A stretch of 10,458 bases of DNA, taken from the IMG/VR virus record IMGVR_UViG_2700989286_000012; one strand, written 5' to 3'. This DNA comes from a virus (lineage: Duplodnaviria > Heunggongvirae > Uroviricota > Caudoviricetes). The translations under genes and the position numbers were made by a program. The notes beneath the pieces are model-generated. The model saw only the letters and a program-made list of their open reading frames with translations. It was not told the origin of the DNA and did no database searches. Positions 8,328 through 10,458 of this stretch are shown here, piece by piece; the first letter of the stretch is position 1, and each line of letters begins with the position of its first letter.

Positions 8328-9456
8328 GCTTATCCGAGTAATACAGAAACGGTTTGCCGTGATGGCGAATGCCGTGCTGTATGGCACCGGCTACGGCGAA
8401 AACATTTTCAGCCAGGTCAAGGCTCCAGCCCACCACAAAGCGCGTGCCACCGTCGATAACAAAGGTCACTTCCGGTGCAAATGGCCGACCGTGAACCGGG
8501 TGTGCGCATTTCAGCTTCATGCCGTGACCGTCACCAATCCAGACATAATTCACCGGCATTTTTGACCAGTCGCGGCGCGTGAATCCCTCAAGCTGGCGGT
8601 ATTCACTGCCGGTCACCCGGCCTTTTTGTTTCACCACTTCCGGCAGTTTCTTCATTGCGCGGCGAATGGTGTCATAAGACGGCATGATATCGAGCATATA
8701 AGGCTCATCAGCGTGCCGGTGCTGCCATTCAGCGACAAAATCCTCGTAAGCCTCGGTCATTGGTCGGCCGTTTGACTGGCGATACTGCGCCAGAAATTCG
8801 GGCAGCCAGTTAATATCTTCGGCTTTTATTTCCTGGCGCTTACCCGGTGCCAGTAAAAGCAGGCGTTCAGCGGCGTTCTGCGCCTTGTTAAAGGCCGCAA
8901 TCCAGCGTTTCAGCGTGATTTCACTTAACGCGCGGCTGTTTCCCTTTTTGGCGTTCGCCGTCTCAACCATTGCCACAATGCGCTCGTCCAGCTGCGAACG
9001 TGCCAGGTTGTCAACGATAAACCGGATAGCCTTCGCACAGCTGAAACCAGGTTGTTGCGCGACTTTCAGAACTTCGCTGACGATCGCGATTCGTGCATCA
9101 GCCACCTGGCGCTGGTTTTCAGTCAGGGCATTAAGGCGTTCGACCATCAGTTGTGGTGATCCGCGATATGCCTCCACCGCATCAACCACGGCAGGCGAGC
9201 GTCTGGCCTTTGTCACCACTGGAGCCGGTGATTCATCGACTTTTTGAGTCATCAGTTGCAGGGCGTAGCGTTCACGTAATGCCTGCTGCGTCACTTCAGG
9301 TAAACAGTCGATGCTGTATTCAGTTGCTTTAGAGCCTGAGCGACGACGGGAACAACAGCTTTTCCCTTGTACGTAACGTTGTAATGCCTGGCGAATACCT
9401 TTTGTTGTAGCAGGCATTCCGGGCGCGCCAATCAGTTCTTTTGCAATGACATACAT
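8281..9456 (-). pseudogene. Mu A-type DDE transposase, N-terminal 391 codons only
   Basis: The N-terminus (MYVIAKELIGAPGMPATTKGI...SGSKATEYSIDCLPEVTQQAL) parallels the MuA enhancer-binding domain as I recall it. WIGDGHG aligns with the MuA first catalytic Asp region (INGDGY) and FLYYSD with the second Asp region. The frame then runs 14 unrelated codons to a stop at 8281, so the catalytic Glu and the C-terminal domain are missing. The start ATG at 9456 sits 1 nt after the ner stop. Confidence 0.8.
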
Positions 9457-9457
9457 A

Positions 9458-9706
9458 TCATGACGCCTTTCTCATATAGCTCTTAACCTGGTATCGACTG
9501 GGCCAGATTTCTTCAGGCGATACCCCAAGAGCATCAGCAATTATTTGCTGATACGGTCGGCAAGGAGTACGTAATACGCTTTTCAGCGAATCCCTGCTGT
9601 AACCAGCCTTTAAAGATAAAGAGCGCAGTGATAAGCCAGCCATGTGTAAGCGCGCCTTGATGATTTCAGGCGGCCAATCGTGATCTGAAACTTCTCTTCT
9701 ACTCAT
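9458..9706 (-). CDS. ner: Ner-like DNA-binding protein (Ner/Nlp family)
   Basis: 82-aa ORF with the DW...GLSLRSLS...QQIIADALGVSPEEIWPSRYQ pattern, which closely resembles Mu Ner and E. coli Nlp as recalled. It lies immediately upstream of the transposase gene and divergent from the repressor. A GAGGA Shine-Dalgarno precedes the ATG at 9706. Confidence 0.85.
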   Translation of the reverse strand: MSRREVSDHDWPPEIIKARLHMAGLSLRSLSLKAGYSRDSLKSVLRTPCRPYQQIIADALGVSPEEIWPSRYQVKSYMRKAS

Positions 9707-9726
9707 ACTTCCTCTATTCTAAAAAG

Positions 9727-9765
9727 TTACCCGCGCGGATATTCGTGCGGATATCTGTACGGGTA
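9727..9765. promoter_or_regulatory. Candidate operator cluster in the ner/repressor intergenic region
   Basis: Inverted repeat TTACCCG (9727..9733) / CGGGTAA (9759..9765) enclosing two direct copies of GCGGATAT (9736..9743 and 9748..9755) at a 12-bp period. It lies just downstream of the candidate early promoter -10 element. Confidence 0.4.
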
Positions 9766-9766
9766 A

Positions 9767-9796
9767 ATAATAGAACAAACAAAAGAACCAAATCAA
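9767..9796 (-). promoter_or_regulatory. Candidate early promoter (Pe-like) driving ner and the transposase
   Basis: On the - strand, -35 TTGATT (9791..9796), an 18-nt spacer and -10 TATTAT (9767..9772), with a predicted start near 9760. Identified by eye only. Confidence 0.3.
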
Positions 9797-9873
9797 GGTA
9801 TTTTGTTCTTTTTATTCTTTGCGGTGTTTTTGTTATTAATATCAATAAGATAAATAAAAAGGAACCTGAGAGC

Positions 9874-10458
9874 ATGAACATGAAAAACAGTTCTTTTCTC
9901 GACGAAGGAAAAGAACCAGTGATCGAACGGATTTTTCGTCTTGCAGAGCGTTACAAATCGAGAAGTGAGGCGGCTAGAGCATGGGGAATAAACGTTCAGA
10001 CATTGCAGAACTACTACAAAAGGAGAAACAATCAGCCGCCACCACAACCAAGAAAGCACCATCTCCAGAACATTGCAGAAAGAGAACATGTATCTATGGA
10101 GTGGCTGGTCAATGGTTATTGTGATGAGCCAAGCATGAAAAAAGAACCAATTGAACAAACAAAAAGAACAAAAAAACAAAGAATTGATGATAGTGATTCC
10201 ATCATCATGAGGGCGTGGGACTCGCTAACTTCATCTGAACAAGAGATTTTGTCCAACTTATTGATCAGAAAAGGGGCCGAACTACTAACCGTTTTGCTTG
10301 ATACAGATATTCAAAAACTGCACTCATTGAGCGGAGTCAAAAGAGCACTAGCATTGAGTCTACAAGAGTTACCCGATGATACTGTAAGAGAGATTTATGA
10401 AGAATGTGAAGCTAAGGTTAATCATTTAAATGTAACCCAGAAAAAGGCTGGTGCGTAA
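9874..10458 (+). CDS. Putative prophage repressor, positional equivalent of Mu c (HTH DNA-binding protein)
   Basis: Transcribed divergently from ner across an AT-rich control region, as Mu c is. Likely start is ATG 9874 (MNMKNSS...) with AAGGA about 10 nt upstream; ATG 9880 is an alternative. The N-terminal segment SRSEAARAWGINVQTLQNYYKRR looks like a helix-turn-helix. The upstream in-frame extension to 9745 runs through the operator region and is rejected. The family is uncertain; it does not obviously resemble Mu c. Confidence 0.65.
   Translation: MNMKNSSFLDEGKEPVIERIFRLAERYKSRSEAARAWGINVQTLQNYYKRRNNQPPPQPRKHHLQNIAEREHVSMEWLVNGYCDEPSMKKEPIEQTKRTKKQRIDDSDSIIMRAWDSLTSSEQEILSNLLIRKGAELLTVLLDTDIQKLHSLSGVKRALALSLQELPDDTVREIYEECEAKVNHLNVTQKKAGA

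Larger units (their letters stand above)
1..10458 (-). mobile_element. Mu-like transposable prophage remnant with a large internal deletion; both prophage ends lie outside the window
   Basis: Gene order and orientation match phage Mu: repressor divergent from ner-A, then the late tail genes in Mu order (tape measure, N, P, gp45, gp46, gp47, gp48, S, invertible fiber region). The transposase is truncated and fused to the tape-measure gene; B, head, lysis, sheath and tube genes are absent. Family assignments are from reading the translations, not from a search. Confidence 0.75.

Noticed and set aside
8313-8387. The GTG at 8387 and the ATG at 8315 as genuine tape-measure start codons.
   Set aside because: Neither has a recognisable Shine-Dalgarno, and the sequence above about 8330 is transposase coding DNA read out of frame. 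The ORF is treated as a truncated remnant.
9745-9873. The upstream extension of the repressor ORF (MRISVRVNNRTNKRTK...).
   Set aside because: It would run through the operator and promoter repeats with a low-complexity AT-rich translation and no RBS. ATG 9874 or 9880 with the upstream AAGGA is more plausible.
9793-10179. The 128-aa ORF antisense to the repressor gene.
   Set aside because: Phe/Cys-rich translation typical of an AT-rich antisense frame, fully contained within the better-supported repressor gene.
1-10458. Whole-window scan for CRISPR arrays, tRNA or rRNA genes, and other long tandem or interspersed repeats.
   Set aside because: No regularly spaced direct repeats, no tRNA-like or rRNA-like segments and no long non-coding stretches were seen. 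Nearly the whole window is coding.

Overview
This window is most consistent with an internally deleted Mu-like (transposable-phage) prophage, lying in reverse orientation relative to the window. All calls rest on reading the ORF translations and recalled family features; no database search was run. From right to left: a repressor gene (+ strand, 9874..10458), a divergent operator/promoter region (9707..9873), ner (9458..9706, -), and a Mu A-type transposase gene that stops after about 390 codons, inside the DDE catalytic core. At about 8300-8340 the transposase sequence is joined directly to a tape-measure fragment. Downstream of that is an unbroken, translationally coupled tail/baseplate operon on the - strand: N-like DNA circulation protein, P-like baseplate protein, central spike (gp45-like), gp46-like, gp47/J-like, gp48/DUF2313-like and a tail fiber (548..1429). 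The tail fiber contains a 26-bp sequence resembling the gix/hix crossover sites of Gin/Hin-family invertases at 887..912, at the predicted constant/variable boundary. Beyond a hairpin terminator (520..539) lies a convergent tail-fiber-assembly (Tfa/U-like) gene on the + strand that runs off the left window edge. No B (transposition ATPase), lysis, head, sheath or tube genes are present, and no invertase or prophage ends fall inside the window. I found no rRNA, tRNA or CRISPR array. I see no separate cryptic system such as a defence island: the only non-coding stretches are 1..33, 517..547 and 9707..9873. The points worth a second look are the deletion junction, the invertible-fiber architecture and the retained immunity region. 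Composition is mosaic: sampled lines are about 27-42 percent GC in the repressor and Tfa regions and about 70 percent in the tape-measure region (hand counts of single 60-nt lines, not computed over the whole window).
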